In this document: positions 47,806 through 60,887 of the stretch, piece after piece
Position numbering within the stretch: position 1 is the stretch's first letter
Layout of the letters: each line of letters starts with the position of its first letter
NCBI GenBank assembly: GCA_963693365.1
Contig: CAVNZM010000001.1
Coordinates: 5,286,907 to 5,350,906, forward strand
DNA length: 64,000 nt
Source of the DNA: Amoebidium appalachense
Taxonomy: Eukaryota; Protista; Ichthyosporea
Direction of reading: 5' to 3'
Program-made: the position numbers and the translations under genes
Notes under the pieces: generated by a model
Seen by the model: the letters and a program-made list of their open reading frames with translations, nothing else
Told to the model about the DNA's origin: nothing
The model's database searches: none

Positions 47806-49560
47806 TCAGGGCGACCCCCCCCCCCCCCCCCCCCCTCTACACACACACACACACACACAAACACACCCTTCACCTGCATCTTATGACCCCCACACTTCCC
47901 TTTCGCTCCATCCATCGATTCTTTTTATCCTCTTCCACTTCTCTTGCTCTTCCCGCAATCCCTTCTCTAACCAACTAAGGCTCGTCGAGAAGCCCCTTTT
48001 AATCCATGCCCGTCCCTTTATCCTTCCTTCCCCTGCCCCTCCTTCACTCCCTCGCGTCAGCATAGCCCCCCCCCCCCCCCCCCCCCTCCCCTCCCCCCTC
48101 CCCTCCCCACACACACACACACACACACAAACCCCTCCCTCGTCCTCCCCAACCCCCCTCCTCCCCCCTCCCCCCCCTCCCCCCCCCCCCCCCCCCGGGT
48201 AGCATCCTGCTCTGTGTGCCCTTCTCTTCACACACACACACACACACTCTCTCTCTCTCTCACTCTCACTCACTCTCTCTCTCTCACTCTCTCTACAACA
48301 TACACAAAATGAGGAAAGACAGGATGGGTCCACAGTAGGCACTATTCATGTGCAGACGTTTTTGCACACAGAGGGTGCGGACGAGCATGAGAATGATGGG
48401 GTCCTGACTGTAGCCAGCGAGGTCTTCTTGTGGGGGGGGGGGAGGGATGGACTGAGAAGGAGGGGGGGGGGGGGGGGGGGGGGGAGGGGGGGGGGGAGCG
48501 CGGGGAGGAAGGCAGATAGAGGAGCAAGGATCGAAACAAGGGGAAAGCCATATAACAAGAAAATTAGAGTATATAAATCAGATAGTGTGATTTTAAATTT
48601 GACTCCACCAACTGTTGCGCTTTACACGTGTAGTGAGCTCTGATCAAAGAAGAAGAAGGGAACAGGCCAGGCTGCACAGTGAGGCTTGCACCTGTGTAAG
48701 TGCAAAGATGTTGACAACAGCGAGCGAAAGAAAAAGTTCTGTAAGAGACATAACAGACAGTAGCTTACCTTAACTACAGAATACTTTAGAAAACTATCGG
48801 TGATGGAAGAGGCAACACGAGGTCTTTAAAATACAATTCAGCCCAAGTGAAATAGTACAACGCTCGGCTTCGCTTTCAAGATGTGAATGATGAATCGTTT
48901 CGCCTTAGCACTATATTTCTACCTCAAAAAATGGCCAGTCACAACCAAAAAATGCAAGTATAATTATCAGTCTTCACTCTCTCCCTGTGTGTGTGTCTTT
49001 CTGAGCCTCTCTCTCTCTCTCTCCCCGACTGTGTGTGTGTGCTTGTGTTTTTTTTTTTGGTTTTTCGTTTTCCTGTGACACGTCAGCAATCCACATATAT
49101 CGGGTCGGAATCGGGTCATGGCTCATGGGTATCGTCATTCGGGTCAGTGATTCCGAGTCGGTGTTACGAATTTGTTACGTAACCAACACTGAGAGCGATT
49201 AAAGCTGCTTTTGCCGATTAATTCTGCTTGTCCACCAGTAATTCTGCTTTTTGCAGAATAATTCTGCTTTTTGCGCGCAAGGTGACTCTGCCGATCGTGG
49301 TTGCCAATGGGCCTTCCCAAGATTACCCTATTGTTTTATTAATAAATTTCTTTTATTTTACAAACTTGTGTCCGAGCCCTTTCCTTGAAAGAGGTGTTTT
49401 CTTTTCTTTCCTTGTGTGGTTGAATGCATTACTGTAATCATAACTAGTATGAGGACCAGAGCACGAAGCACATCATGGCTAAAATACAATGCGGATGTTG
49501 GGAGTGTAAAGCACACATAAAGTGCATACATAACTTTTGAAGTGAGTCAAGTAGGGCGGG

Positions 49561-49600
<40 letters not shown>

Positions 49601-50438
49601 ATTTCCCAAAATTCGATATGAGTCAAGACTATTCGAATGCCGGGGCCGGGATAGGCGTGCCTAGCAAAACATGCACGCGATTTGCCATGATCAATTGCCA
49701 ATTAAAGTGCAATGATCCCCATCATCTATACTGATATATTAGATTCGGTGGGCCTGAGCTCGCCACAGCTCTCATAAGCCCGCAGGCCCCCCTTCTCACA
49801 TTCCCCCCTCTGAGTCAGGATCGCAGTTTTTAAACTTTGCTTCAAGTTTCTTTCAATTTTTTTTCTTTTTAGGAGGTTGCACATGCGTGTGTGTGTGTGT
49901 GTGATTTGGTGGGTGGGTGGGTGGGTGAGGGGGGAGGGGGGAGAGGAGGAGGAGGAGGGGGAAGGGGAGGGACAGAATTGGGTATTTGATGTGGTCTATT
50001 TTCGTGGGTACCCGTTACGGTACCCATTATCCGCAAATACAGAATAAAGTTCAACGCATGTATTGCTCCGATACAGGTCCAAAAGTTTTATTGCGGAACA
50101 TTATAATTACAGTCTCTAAAGTCTTAAAGGTGTGCGCATGGTTTTTCACTGGTACATGTGTGCAGTTCCCTTTAATTCGTGTAATTTTAAGGCTGGTTAA
50201 CGGGGGAAAAAAATGCATACTGGTGATTCTGGGTTATTCGAAGTTCCAATAAAAATACGTGGCTGAGAATCAAAAGGGGAAAGGGAAGAAACAGTAAAAC
50301 TAAGCAGCAAAGAAAAGCATGCAGCCACCAGGGATTCACAGATTGAAACCTAGACGTCATGAGAAACATTCGAAATAAGTATGTGGCAGGGCTGCAAAAA
50401 GAATAATCTACATACGTTTCATACAGCACCACATTATT

Positions 50439-50478
<40 letters not shown>

Positions 50479-50601
50479 ACAAAAACACATACACCCCTTT
50501 CCCCCCGGATCGGTTACCACTAGAACCAATGGATCTCATCAAGCTGTCGTTGGCCAACCTGATACAGATAGAATAAGACTAAATGATGAAATTTCAACAT
50601 C

Positions 50602-51289
50602 CTAACTACGGCCGCTGATTGGATCATAGGTGTCCGATATCTCCATGAGCTCAAATCGGTCGTCATCCGGTATCACCTCCCGATAGCTGCCCAAGCCTTC
50701 CTCCTTCTGCAGGGAAAATCGCAGCGTGCATGTATGTTTGTGATGATTTAGTGAGGTGTGTGTGTGTGAGTGTGTGTGTGTATTTATGTTTGAGTGTGAG
50801 TGTCTGAGTGTGCGAGTGTCTGTGTGTTTGTGTGTGCTCTGGCACGCATGCGTGTATGTGTGCTTGCACATGTGCATGGGTGTGCATGTGTAAGTGTGTA
50901 GACCCGGGTGTGTTTAATTAAGTTGCGGGTGTGGGAGTATGCATGTGCGGATGGTCTTTGTCTGGGATGTGTGGGGTCACGCATGTCTGTGTGTGTATAT
51001 GTTTATGCACGTGTACCCGTCACCTTCTCCCATACTCTCGCTCTCTCTGCATGTGCATGTCTCTCCCTATCCCTCCCTCTCGCTCTCTCTCCTCCTGCCT
51101 CCCCGTCCCTCTCTCTCTGTGTGTGTGTCTGCCAGTCTCTCTTTCTCCCTCATGGTCTCCTCTATCCGGGTGTGTGCACGCGCCCCTGTGCACACTCGGA
51201 TAGTTCGGATACCAAACTCAGAGCCAACTCTGTGGCCCCCCCTTCCCCCCCAACACACACACACACACCACCACCATCACAGCCACCCC

Positions 51290-51343
<54 letters not shown>

Positions 51344-53422
51344 CCTGAGCAACATAACAGAAGGATAATTTCCACCCATTATCCCCCCCCCCCCCCCCCC
51401 CCCCCCCCTCCCCCCCATCTGTCACAACCTTCAGCACAACCAGGCAGAGCAGAGCAGAACGGACCAAACACACACACACACACACACACAAGGTAGGGGG
51501 AAGGGGAGGGAGGAGGAGGGAAAAAAAACAAAAAAAAACACACTCCTTTCCCGCCAACCATGCAGGTGATACGACCGCCGAGACCACGACAGACAAGATC
51601 AATCACTCCACTCTCTCTCTATCTCTCTCATTCCAACCGCAACCCCCCCCCCCCCCCCCTCCCCCGCCCCCCCCCCCCCAATTCCTGCCAACCTCCATCC
51701 ATAGACTGTGCAACCCCCCCCCCCCCCCCCCCCCCCCCCCCGCCTTCCCCCTACCCCCCCAACCTCCCCTAGTGGCCCCTTTCTAACTAAACAACCAGCA
51801 AGCCACCCCATCCACCTCCTCCCCCCACCCCCCCCCCCCCGGCCACCGCCACCACCACCAAAAAAGGGAAAGACGAAAAAAAGAAAGAGATCAACTGGGC
51901 GCTAAATGAATTTGGGGGGGGGGGGAGGGGAGGGGGAGGGGGAGGGGGAGGGGACGGAAGCCTTGAAATAAAAAAATAAAAGGCTCGTACATCAACCTGT
52001 TCACACACCTTGTATGTGATTCTCCTGTACCCAATATACACGCCTGCCCCCATCACCCCAAAGACACTGAAGAACACAGCTGCCACATAGCCCCCCGATG
52101 GCTCCCCGCTGTCTGCTTGCCCATGCTCGTCTGTGTACACACACACGGTGGGTGATGGGGTTAAATGGGAAGGCTGAGAGCGTTACATAGGGTCTAATAG
52201 AGCAGCAAGAGAAACAGGAACACAGAGCAGAAAAGAACACAAACTCTATCAAAACATATCAAATCACCAAGAGCTCCAAATCCCCCCCCCCCCCCCCCCC
52301 CCCCCTCCCCCCAGCGCCCGCCCGTCCTTACCTCTCATTATTGTGCCTTTAACTTAAGGACCTCCCTGCTCCAACCCCCTCCCCCCCCCCCCCCTGCCAC
52401 CAACACGCACACACACCCTACTCCCCTTCCCCTTCCCCCCTCTTCCTTTTCAACCATCTTGCCCCCTCCCACCACCCTAAACCAAGAGCCCTCCTTCGCA
52501 CCCCCCTCCCTCCCCCCCCCCCCCCCCCCCATCTCTTTCAATATGTCCTAACTCAAGACTTTTGTGTGTGTTTCGACCCCTCACCCTCCCTCTTGGCTCA
52601 AACTATTTATTACTACTCACCGTTATCTACACTCTGAAACTGCCAATTCTAGCAAAAAGCTACATGACAACAGTTACTTTTGTGAGTGGGCCTCACATTT
52701 TTATTGCACTGTGTGTGTATGTGTGTGTGCGTGTGTGTGTAGGCAGGCGTATGTGTGTGTCTGACTGTGTGGGAGGAGCCATGCGTGCTGTGTCTGTATA
52801 TGTTGTCGGTGCAATCAGACTAAAGCGCAATGCTATTGTGCAGTCGTGTTCTTTCCAGCGTGCCTTAGTATGACTTGGGTGAGCAGGTGTGGCACAAGTA
52901 TGTTGCGCACGGGTGCAAGTGGATGCAGTGAATTGGTGCCTAATAGATCAGAGTGATGAGTGTCAAGAGAGGGGTATATTCAAAGTTGCACAAGGTGTAG
53001 CAGTCAGTGGGTGCTTGCATGCATATATTCTATACCCACAGGTATGTCATAGAAGTTCACGTGTCTTTCATGTCAAGCACACTCTTAAACCAAAAACCAG
53101 TTGTCAATGAGTGTTCACTGGCTGTAGATCATCCGCTCAGCTTACCTGGGAGCTGCGGTTCTGGTGTGGGTACTACAAATTGCTTGGTTTCCGTTCCTTC
53201 TGGTGTCTGTGTCGCTTTTTCCTCTGATATTGTGCTTGAACTAGCACTTTCAAGTGAAGAAACTAGATCTGAGCTGGTGCCGCTTGCGGCAATGCTAGTG
53301 GTGGTGTTTGGTGTTGGTGTGATCAATGTAGCGCTGGGAGGGCTTGCTTCTGTGGAGGAAATAGTGTCTGCCAGGCCCGTTGCCAAGCAGGCGGCTACTA
53401 GAATAAGGGCTTTTGTGATCAT
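50602..53422 (-). CDS. Type-I single-pass membrane protein with Ser/Thr-rich (mucin-like) ectodomain, about 168 aa
   Basis: Exons 53422-53146 (signal peptide MITKALILVAACLATGLA plus S/T/P-rich region), 52130-52009 (TM YVAAVFFSVFGVMGAGVYIGY then RR) and 50706-50602 (tail with YREV, DDDRFELM, YDPI). Phases consistent. Confidence 0.8.
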
Positions 53423-53853
53423 CTTCTTGTGTTGTTGGTTGCGCTTTGTCGACCTAAAATCAATGGGACAATGTGGTAGAGGCTTGGGTGTTTGTGTGTT
53501 TAGGCTTTTTTGGTGAAACGATAATTAGAAGATAGGAAGTGGTGAAAACTTCATGGAATGATTACGTTGGCCACACTGAGGTATGGCATATGTTTGCAGT
53601 TCAACTTTACCAAGCCTTTGCATTACCATAGCTCTACGTCATCGTAACAAACGAACGATCCCGCGCCTAGGCACACCAAGAGTTCATGATGAATCGTTTG
53701 TGTTCTGCATTTTTATGCCCTATGAGTTGGTAACCCCCGATTAAAGATGGGTCGACCTTTATAATGTTATCTCGTACTAAATGACACATATAAAATGAAT
53801 ACACCAATCAAATGCGACCAAATAATCTGCCGCAATTTGCTATGTGTCACGCA

Positions 53854-54019
53854 GTGACATACGGCAACTTAGGCGACGACCCACTCTGCACTTTGATGTG
53901 TTTTTTTCCTGTTTGTAAGTTTTTTTTTACCCCCTTGTGACATGCGGCAACTTAGGCGACGACCCACTCTGCACTTTGATGTGTTTTTTTCCTGTTTGTA
54001 AGTTTTTTTTTACCCCCTT
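53854..54019. repeat. 83-bp tandem duplication
   Basis: 53854-53936 and 53937-54019 are identical apart from one visible substitution (CATAC/CATGC). Confidence 0.9.
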
Positions 54020-54720
54020 GTTCCATCACTGGTGGCTGATGACCCTTCTCGAACATCAGCGGACTTTCACAATTTTAAGTCTCTTTTCCAAAAACAATAG
54101 AAACAAGGAAACATTGATGCTGGGGAGCATGAATTGCTAGCCATGTTTGTGCAAGATGGCTTCACAGAGAAAAACCCACACTCACTCGACATAAACACGT
54201 TCACCCTCTAGTTAGCCAGGCTATTTATCGGAGTTCTGCCCGAAACCTAGTAAATTGCCAAGCGCATGTGTAGTACGTAGCAGTTTTATGAAAGATAGAT
54301 GATGTTTATCCCGTTAGCACGCAAACAGTTGGGTGCAAGGGCTCTGTCAATCTCCGAGAATTAAGTAGCCTGGCTAAAGGGAAAACATCTTTCGCCCTGT
54401 GCCTGTTCGTCACACGTGCGAGGTACGCATAAAGTAGCGCGCGTGAACGGTACGGAGGTCTAGACGCCTGCACCCGTAACGGGCGCCTTGCGCGTCCACA
54501 CATCCACTCTTGAACCTCGGACTCTGTACCCACACACGCGATATCACACACGATTATGCATGCACGCATCAACTGTGTGGCATTAACTAAAAAAACCGCC
54601 ATATTCAGCACATACACACACAGCACGCACACACACACGTTTACCTGTATACTTGTGTATGTGTGTGTGTATGTGTGCATACATGTGTGTGTGTGTGTGT
54701 GTCTGTGTCTGTGTGTGTGT

Positions 54721-54753
<33 letters not shown>

Positions 54754-54760
54754 CGTATGG

Positions 54761-54915
<155 letters not shown>

Positions 54916-55291
54916 CACACGTGTGTGTGCGTGCATGCGTCATGTGGGCACGCGTGTGTCCCCGTGTGTGTGCGCGACGGCCACACACACTTGTGTCCGT
55001 ATGTGCAAGTGCGTGTGGTAACTAAAATGTTTGGCAGCGTGGGAAAGTGTGCGTGGGTGGGTGTGGTTGTTTGCACGGTGTGTGTGTTGGGAGGTTTTCT
55101 TTTTTTTTTTTTTGTGAGAGAGAGGGGGGGGGGGGGGGGGGGGGTTAGAAAGACTCGGGTGCTGTGGGAGGTGGGGAGGTGCACTGTGGCAAAGCTGATG
55201 ATCTAGCTGACCATTTTTTTGCTTTTCCAGTGAGACCCGGTACAGGTGCATGTGCATGTTTAAGTGCAGGTCTGTGGGCATATCGTGTTTC

Positions 55292-55323
<32 letters not shown>

Positions 55324-55685
55324 GGTGTGTGTATGTGTGTGTATGTGTGTGTGTTTGTGGTGTGGTGTGGTGTGCATATACGTGGGTGGTTGAGTGTTGG
55401 TACACAAGTCATAATGGTGCACGTGAGTGGCAATGGTGTTGTGTGCCCGGCGAGTTCGGGCCGGAAACCTCAGGGGCAAGTAGGGGAGGGAAGGGTGGGG
55501 GCGGTGTGGGGGGGGGGGGGGGGGGGGGGGGGGGGAGGGGGGGGGGCGCGGGGAAGGCTGCAAGCTGGCGAAACGCACCGTAACGGTTGGAGAGCCTCGA
55601 AATCAACGCCACGTGACACCACCGTCACTTTCTTAATTTATTTTTTCACTTTTTAGTCAGGGGGGGTGGTGGTGGTGGTGGTGGT

Positions 55686-55722
<37 letters not shown>

Positions 55723-55723
55723 T

Positions 55724-55761
<38 letters not shown>

Positions 55762-56468
55762 GGTCTTGTTTTTTCTGAGCACTTCATGCTGTTACGGTGG
55801 TCAGGTGCCCGCCCGACGTGCCTGATACTGCATTGTGTAGGTGTTTTTCCACTCAAAAAGGTATACCTGGCACAAGCAGCCCTCGAAAACACACCAAAAA
55901 CTGTTTTTCTTCGGAAACGCGAGACAATTACCGCAGTGCTACGCTCGAATAGGACTGGCTTCAGGAATCTAACACGTGACATCAGTTTCATGGAGTCTCG
56001 GTTTTTATTTTTGCCTGCTGCGGCACTCCGTACCCGCAGGCCCACGGCCATCTACAAAGAAACACCAGGCCGTCCAAGGAACCGTCATCGGAATTTGCTC
56101 ATTTGTTTGCGCAAGATCTTTGGTCTCGGGGGTGGTGCGGCCTACTAAAATGGCGGGAAAATGTTCTCCACAGATTTATTCGCCTTCGGCAGCAACGTGA
56201 TCTACAAACGAGTTAAATTTCATCAATTTTTATTTGACGTTTAACCTCTCTTTCGGCTCGGCCGATTGGTGATTTAGACCTACAAGAGTGCGGCCGATCG
56301 CCGGTCTGTTTATGCGGCCGCACCCCCGAAAAAACTGCCGTACGTAGGTGTACTGTTTGAACACTGCCCTCGCAAAGACACCTATGGTTGCTGTGGCCTG
56401 GATGGGCAATATGCCCATGCCATGGCGTTGTATCTTTTTAGGGATGGTTAGTTTCCGCTTTAGAGATC

Positions 56469-57550
56469 ATGGGGAACAAGTGCATTGTATACAACTGTAA
56501 GAGTAACTATGCTAGTGAGACTCGAAAGGACAGGTGTAAGGAAAATGTAAACCCGCAAGCCGGTGTCGGCCAGAGCGTTACCGTTTCTACTTTTAGGTTT
56601 CCGACCCGGAAAAGCAGCCAGAGCTGTGGCAGTTGTGGTATGAAAATTGCCTTCAGGCAGGGGATGTATGGGGTAGCAAGGCATGCTTCTTTGAAACATA
56701 CAAAGATGGTAGGCCTCACGTCTGCGTCAAGCATTTCGTTGTCGCAGATTATTTTCCCAAGGGGTCCTGTGATCCAACGCGAGGGAACCGGCCCCTTAAG
56801 CAAGCGATCTTCTCTCGCGATCCCAATTCCGACCCACCCAATGCCCCTCGCATCTTCTCTGACCTTAAGGACCCAACTAAAACCATCGTACTAGGTGAAA
56901 GGAGCATAAACGTGAGAACGGCAGCAGCGAAAAGGGAGGCACACAGAATCGAGGCAGAAGCCGCTATACTACGGTTGGCGGAGGAGGAGCGCAAGCAACA
57001 GTTACGAGCGGAGAAAGACGCACGTAAGCGTGAAGCGCAGCAGAAACGTGCACGGGAACTTAGCGAACGAGAGGCAGAGGAGCGAAGCAAGCGTCTTATG
57101 CTCGAGCAGGAGCATGCTCGTGTCCTTGCAGATCAAATTAGGTTTGCAGACACTAACTTCATTGATGCCGTGTGCCAAGCAATTAATTCTACACCATCCG
57201 TGCTGGTCAGCCCATAAGACCACAACCGGTGTGGCGTTGAGTTTTTGTGTTCAAACCCACGCCAAAATTAAGGAAACCGAAAACGGGACGCTCCCTTTCC
57301 CCATACTAGCCGGTCATGTCCATTTCACATCCGATGGTCACTACCTAGCCTTTGCCCTCCTACCCGCCTCCCCGCCAGCGCAACCCCTTACCACCGCCAA
57401 TTTGTTAAGTACCACACCCTAAAATAGATGTGTAACTGGTAGATGTAGTGCAAAAGTAGAGACAACCTGTTGTGAATATAAAAACAAACGGGCATAGCAT
57501 GTTGAATAACCAAGCAACTTTAGCTGATAACCTGCACGATGAAGTGCAGG
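56469..57550 (+). pseudogene. THAP zinc-finger protein / transposase N-terminus, frameshifted
   Basis: MGNKCIVYNCKSNY...TFRFP, a frameshift near 56605, then ..LWQLW...HVCVKHF...NAPRIF: the THAP C2CH signature, followed by a charged coiled coil. Further frameshifts and stops after 57200. No DDE domain seen. Confidence 0.75.
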
Positions 57551-57720
57551 TGTAGCTCTGAGTAGTGACGTTTTTTTTCAACATGTGCAGTTTGGACATA
57601 TATAAATACGTATATACATATACATACTATCCACTTGAAATTCATAGATACAGAGTGTGTGTATGTGTTGTGTGTGTGTGTGTGTGTGTGTGTGTACGTG
57701 TGTGTGTTTGAGTTTTGGGA

Positions 57721-57809
<89 letters not shown>

Positions 57810-58658
57810 AGAGAGGCAAGAACTTACACACGTGTATCAAACATTCCAACCAAAACAGTAACCGGAAAAACATGGCTTAGGCTTAGGTAAAACGTTGCCT
57901 GAGATAGAGACGTCGTGTTTGAACCCAGGTACATTGGTAGTTGGTCTGTATAATAGAGGGGTCAGCAAAAAGACAATAGAAAATACAACGGTTATCCTTT
58001 TATGTCAGAACAGTGTGACAAAAATACTTGGTAACAAGGGACATAAAGAAACTCAAACAGGGCCGTCCGGGAGACCGGTGCCGGTTGTTAGGGGTTACGG
58101 AGCGACAAGAGAGCTCTTGTGCTCACCACATTTCCGAGGTGTTTTGCTGCCGATGCTGCTGTTATAATGAAGAGCTTTGCACCATGCAATGCAATATAGT
58201 AGCTACTTTCACCGAAAAGTGGAAACCCGTACAGTCGCGAGGACTGAGCAGCAACACGCTAACGCTTGAGGTCCGCTCGCCAAAAAGTGAGAGGAGGGAG
58301 GGCGGGAACAGAGAAACCGGAACGGATCCGGGTCTACCAGCCATAACAGTTGCCGTATGCCATCCTTGCAAATGAAGGTATATGTTAGACAGATTATTTT
58401 GTTCTCATTATATGCCCAAAGTGGCCGAAAGTGCTCGCAACAACAACAAGACAAAAAAACTGGAGCAGAAAAACAGCTTACTCTTGCTTTTGTGTGTACG
58501 GCAAGTGCAGCAGTTTTCTCCGCGATACCCGTCGGGCTTTACTTTCAGCCCAATTCGATATGATAATATAATATTTACAAATGATAAGCGCTGCATTATG
58601 GGCCGTGGTGTGACCCGATTCAGATCTTCAAATTCAATGCACGATTACATAATCGTCT

Positions 58659-58851
58659 GGGGTTTACGCTGTTTACTCGAGGCAAAGAGAACCAGTCTCA
58701 GGTATGGGGGGGGGTTTTGCTCGGAATATCCCCTCAGCGGTATATCATGATCACGTACATAGATGTCGGGTGGTGACTATATATCAGGGTTTACTTTCTC
58801 TACGAGACACCATAAAGACTACAAGGAGAAATCAATTAGTTGGGGTTCCCC

Positions 58852-58895
<44 letters not shown>

Positions 58896-58927
58896 GGGCT
58901 CCCCTCGGGACACTCGGTATCAGCTGG

Positions 58928-58978
<51 letters not shown>

Positions 58979-60376
58979 GTTTGTGTGTGTGTGTGCGCGT
59001 GCGCTATAATTTTGTAGTGATGTGTTTCTCAAGCCAATCAATACATCTAATAAACAGGTCGTAGTTACGCGTGTTTAGTATAAAATCAAGGATGTTGTAA
59101 TTTACAGGTAGGCTATCTTTCTGGGTGTCTGTTGTGAATGTGACGTGTGTGTGTTGCGGTATTATGTGGTCTATCAAACTACATTTGGCGATACATGACC
59201 GGTTAAACTGGTGTGTGTGTGTGTTGTTTGGGCATGCAAATGATGCCACCTTATACTTATTAGATCTCCACTGTATAGCACGTGTACAGTAAAAGCGTGG
59301 TAATTGATCAATAATACCATCAGCTAGAGAAAGACCAGTTCTACAGGAAGGTAATATGTATTTAGGTGTTATACACTTGCGAGTGCCATATTTGGCAATA
59401 TGGTTGAGGCGGTCAGTATATATAAAACGAGACATAAGGCTTAGTTTTTCAAGGTGTATGCTTTCATCGGGTCTAGTGTCGTGTGGTATCTTTTTCCATT
59501 TGTTATATTGCGTGGTTATCTTGTGATTGTGTACATGTTTAATAAGTAAGTGGCAGTCCAAAGTCACACACACACTATTGCGGGGTTTATTTGTATTTGT
59601 GCCCAGGGGAGAAGGGGAGAGAGAGGGGAGGAAAGAGGGGAGAGGTGAGGAGGGGACAGGTCGGATAGAGAAGAGAGGGTGGGAGGGCAAATACTTCTTT
59701 AAGCGGCTTATGTGCTTATTGAATTTCAGCGCGAGATAGGATACTCTAGCAGCTATTGGGACCAGACCATATATCGAGAGCGTTACAGGCCCAGGTTTAC
59801 AACAGTTGTTAGATAGAAAGGAGGCAACTTCTGCTTCAAGGAAATTTGCCAAGGGTTTAAGCGCTCTAGTTCTCTCTTTCTTGATCCAAGCGGCGAGAAG
59901 GGGTAAACCACATTCACATGCCGGGAAGACAAAAGTGCGAATAAATGTAAGTCTAATAGAAGGATGGAGGGGTGTGTCTTTAAAAATATTAGCCGAGAAG
60001 AAAGCTAACCGCTTACGAGCCAACTCTACCCTCTTTTCGACCATATGGGGAAACATAACACCAACAGAATCAACCGGAACACCAAGATATTTGTATTCTG
60101 GAACTATAGGTACAGGTTTAGATGATAATGTAAATGTGTGTAAATTGTTAGCTATATCAGGTACAAGAACACCACATTTGTCTATGTTAAGGATCATAAG
60201 GTTTGCCTTGCACCACTCTGACACTACATCGAACAATCTTTGCAGGCGTCTAGGGGTACGGGCAAGGAGGGACAGATCATCAGCATAGAGAAGTGCAGGC
60301 GGAAAGTTATTAATAGGGTCATCGTTTTCGGCGTAAATCTTGACAGCCAAATCATCTATAAATAGGTTAAACAAAG
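58659..60376 (-). mobile_element. Young non-LTR retrotransposon, copy 2 (more 5'-truncated, inverted relative to copy 1)
   Basis: ORF 59004-60376 matches copy 1 from LFNLFIDDL onward with 5 amino-acid differences. It has the same 3' region, ending GTAAACCCC at 58659. No TSD evident. Confidence 0.9.
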
Positions 60377-60624
60377 GATATCGCGGTTGCCATGGCCCAT
60401 GAAAAGTAGGCCGCACCCCCTTGTGGAATGCAGAATAGCCTTTTTTGGTTAATATGTCATTATCCCGGGAATGTTAATCGCCTTAGACGGCCCGGTGTTT
60501 CTAGATGGCCGTGCCGCAGGCCGCAGCCTAGCAGCTGCAGGAGGCACCCCACTACTTAAAAAAAAAAAAGAAAAAGAAAAAAAAAAGTAGCTATAGAGGT
60601 GGGGCCCTAGAACCACTTTTTGAT

Positions 60625-60887
60625 CCGGCCCGCGAGATGAACAATTTTCGAGTCGGACGTTGATCTCGGGTCGGGGTCGATACTCATAATGGTAGGTGGG
60701 GCCGGGTTCACCATGATGAAACCCGACCCAAAAGTGGAACCTGGCAAGGGTGATAATTAGTGCCCTTGCCCTGTTCCACTTTTTGGTCGGGTTTCATCAT
60801 GGTGAACCCGGCCCCACCTACCATTATGAGTATCGACCCCGACCCGAGAACAACGTCCGACTCAAAATTGTTCATCTCGCGGGCCGG
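60625..60887. repeat. Long near-perfect palindrome (foldback/MITE-like), arms about 126 bp, 12-nt spacer
   Basis: 60625-60750 is the reverse complement of 60763-60887 with few mismatches. An outer pair AGGTGGGGC/GCCCCACCT lies at 60597 and 60893. Confidence 0.9.

Noticed and set aside
60377-60416. N-terminus MRPTFHGPWQPRYP of the 470-aa RT ORF
   Set aside because: Flanking DNA read in frame across the 5' truncation point; not part of the element.
60712-60801. CATGATGAAA...TTTCATCATG, matching the start of the Drosophila P-element TIR
   Set aside because: Only 10 bp, and internal to a longer palindrome rather than at an element boundary; likely chance.
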